This document shows, piece by piece, positions 62,004 through 64,000 of a DNA stretch of 64,000 bases. Every line of letters begins with the position of its first letter. The first letter of the stretch is position 1. The notes below the pieces were generated by a model that was given only the letters and a program-made list of their open reading frames with translations, searched no databases and was not told the DNA's origin. The position numbers were made by a program, and so were the translations under genes. The stretch is from Chiloscyllium plagiosum (taxonomy: Eukaryota), in NCBI RefSeq assembly GCF_004010195.1, contig NC_057718.1, positions 71,784,433-71,848,432 on the forward strand, written 5' to 3'.

Positions 62004-64000
62004 ATACCTACCATTAGCTCTTTTCTATTCTCCCCCCTTCCCTTCTGAATCACAGAGCCAGGCTCAGTGCCAGAGACCTGGCCATGATAGTTGTTCCCTG
62101 ATAGTCAAACCCACAACAGTATCCAAAACGGTATACCTATTATTAAGGGGAATGGCCAGAAGGGATCCCTGCACTGTCTGCCTGTTCTTTTTCTGTCCCC
62201 TGACCTGTAACCCTTTCTCATGTACCAGGGGTGAAACTACCTCGCTACAGCTCCTATCTATTACCCCCGCCACCTCCCGAATGATCCGATGTTCATCCAG
62301 CTCCAGCTCCAATTCCCTGAAGCACTTTCCGCAGTTACCTACATCTACTCAGTCTATCCCTTTCAACATTCAATGAGAACACCTCTCTTAAATGCCATAG
62401 AGTGCTAAATGGATAGATAATTGGCAAATGAATTTCAATGCAGAGAAATGTGAGGTAATGCATTTTGGAAAAAGAAACATTGAGAGACAATAGCGGCTTA
62501 CTTATACAACTTTGGGGGTAGAACAGGAGCAGAGGGTTCTCACATTTACATGCATTGAACTAACTCTACCGAAGCTGTTATCCCATCATGAAGTCACCTT
62601 TCATAAACACGTGGAAAGTCCTTGATTCTGACACATCATCAGAGTCAGCATCCAAAATGTGAGAATCTGTGACACTCCTCTTATTTTTTTTCTCTCCCAC
62701 ACTACCACCTAACTGCGGTAGTGCTTATATTTTGACAATCCTCTTTATTTTATCTGTGATGCAACTTTCAACGGACTATATATCTGTTTTACAACATTCC
62801 CAGAGCCTACCATTAAACGTGTAAGTCCTGCACTTATTTGTCTCACCAAAATGCAACACCTTGCATTTATCTAAACTAAACTCCATTTGCCACAACTTGA
62901 CCCACTGGCACAACTGATCAAGATTTCTTTGTAATCTTAGATAACCTTCCTCACTTGCTACTATACCACCAATTTGGAAGTCATCTGCAACCTTACTAAC
63001 CATGGGTGGCACGGTGGCACAGTGGTTAGCACTGCTGCCTCACAGCGCCAGAGACCCGGGTTCAATTCCAGCCTCGGGTGACTGACTGTGTGGAGTTTGC
63101 ACATTCTCCCCGTGTCTGCGTGGGTTTCCTCCGGGTGCTCCGGTTTCCTCCCACAGTCCAAAGATGTGCAGGTCAGGTGAATTGGCCAGGCTAAATTGCC
63201 CATAGTGTTAGGTAAGGGGTAAACATAGGGGTATGGGTGGGTTGCGCTTCGGCGGGGCGGTGTGGACTTGTTGGGCCGAAGGGCCTGTTTCCACACTGTA
63301 ATCTAATCTAATCTAATCATAACTCCTATAATGTGAAAAGTTGTGGTTCCAACACTGACCCCTGTGGAACGCCACTAGTCACCAGCTGCCATCCTAAGAA
63401 AAACACCCTGTGTCTTCTACCAGTCAGCCAACCCTCTATCCACATCCGTAACTTGCCCGAACACAATGGGACACTCCTCTTTTATTCTGTCAACCAGGGT
63501 TCCCTGACTGGACCAGATTACCATCAAGGAACTCATTTTTTTTAGATTACTTACAGTGAGGAAACAGGCCCTTCGGCCCAACAAGTCCACCCGGACCCAT
63601 TCCCCTACATTTACCCCTTCACCTAACACTATGGGCAATTTAGCATGGCCAAGCACCCGGAGGAAACCCACGCAGACACGGAGAGAATGTGCAATCTCCA
63701 CACAGTCAGTCGCCTGATGCCGGAATTGAACCCGGGTCTCTGGCACTGTGAGGCACTGTGCCACCTCATATTCTGAGATCCAGCTGGCTGACCTCATTAC
63801 AATCACGGCATGCATTATTCTCTGAAGGTAATTAGGCAATTTGAAACAGTTAAAAGTCTTATAGGATCCTTGGCTTTAGAAGTACTGGAATAGAGTATTA
63901 AAACGAGGAAGTGATGCTACATTTTTACAAATCATTGTCAGATCACATTTGGAGTGTGTGTCAGTTGTGGGCATCTTATTTAAAAAAGGTTTTTCAAAGA
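62004..64000. mobile_element. CR1 fragments (ORF1 minus 62004-62335; RT plus ~62400-62560; RT minus ~62775-63450; plus ~63810-64000)
   Basis: ELELDEHRIIRE...NRYTVLDTV; SKVADDFQIGG...WQMEFSLDKCKVLHFG. Confidence 0.8.
63004..63317 (+). mobile_element. Well-preserved HE1-type SINE (a second, deleted copy lies on - at ~63541-63765)
   Basis: GGGTGGCACGGTGGCACAGTGGTTAGCACTGCTGCCTCACAGCGCCAGAGACCCGGGTTCAATTCC; (taatc)n tail. Confidence 0.95.

Noticed and set aside
63004..63075. tRNA genes at the A/B-box-like heads
   Set aside because: They continue into HE1 SINE core and tail, so they are SINE heads rather than tRNA genes.

Overview
Eukaryotic (elasmobranch) genomic DNA, almost entirely intronic and dominated by transposable elements. 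HE1-type SINEs and HER1/CR1 LINEs point to a shark; the species cannot be fixed from sequence alone. The only host-gene signal is two minus-strand coding exons (44337-44481 and 43754-43847) that I recognise as TULP4; I found no neighbouring exon, so the flanking introns appear to be over 43 kb and over 19 kb. The rest is a nested TE landscape. It contains about 20 CR1 fragments (two near full length with esterase ORF1, nested up to five levels deep), L2-like fragments and three tRNA-derived SINE families. It also holds TA-flanked MITEs, a Harbinger-like Myb/SANT remnant, two decayed Ty3/gypsy elements, a decayed GalEa-like Ty1/copia element (LTR, tRNAi-Met PBS, gag-PR-IN), and the 3' half of an epsilon-like endogenous retrovirus (RNase H, integrase, gamma-type env, 3' LTR). 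The most striking feature is about 14 insertions from three Penelope-like families. Their terminal repeats carry minimal hammerhead-ribozyme motifs, several are short TSD-flanked palindromes, and several intact motifs lie in the sense of the TULP4 pre-mRNA. There are two N gaps. All family calls come from motif recognition without database searches, and most TE boundaries are approximate.
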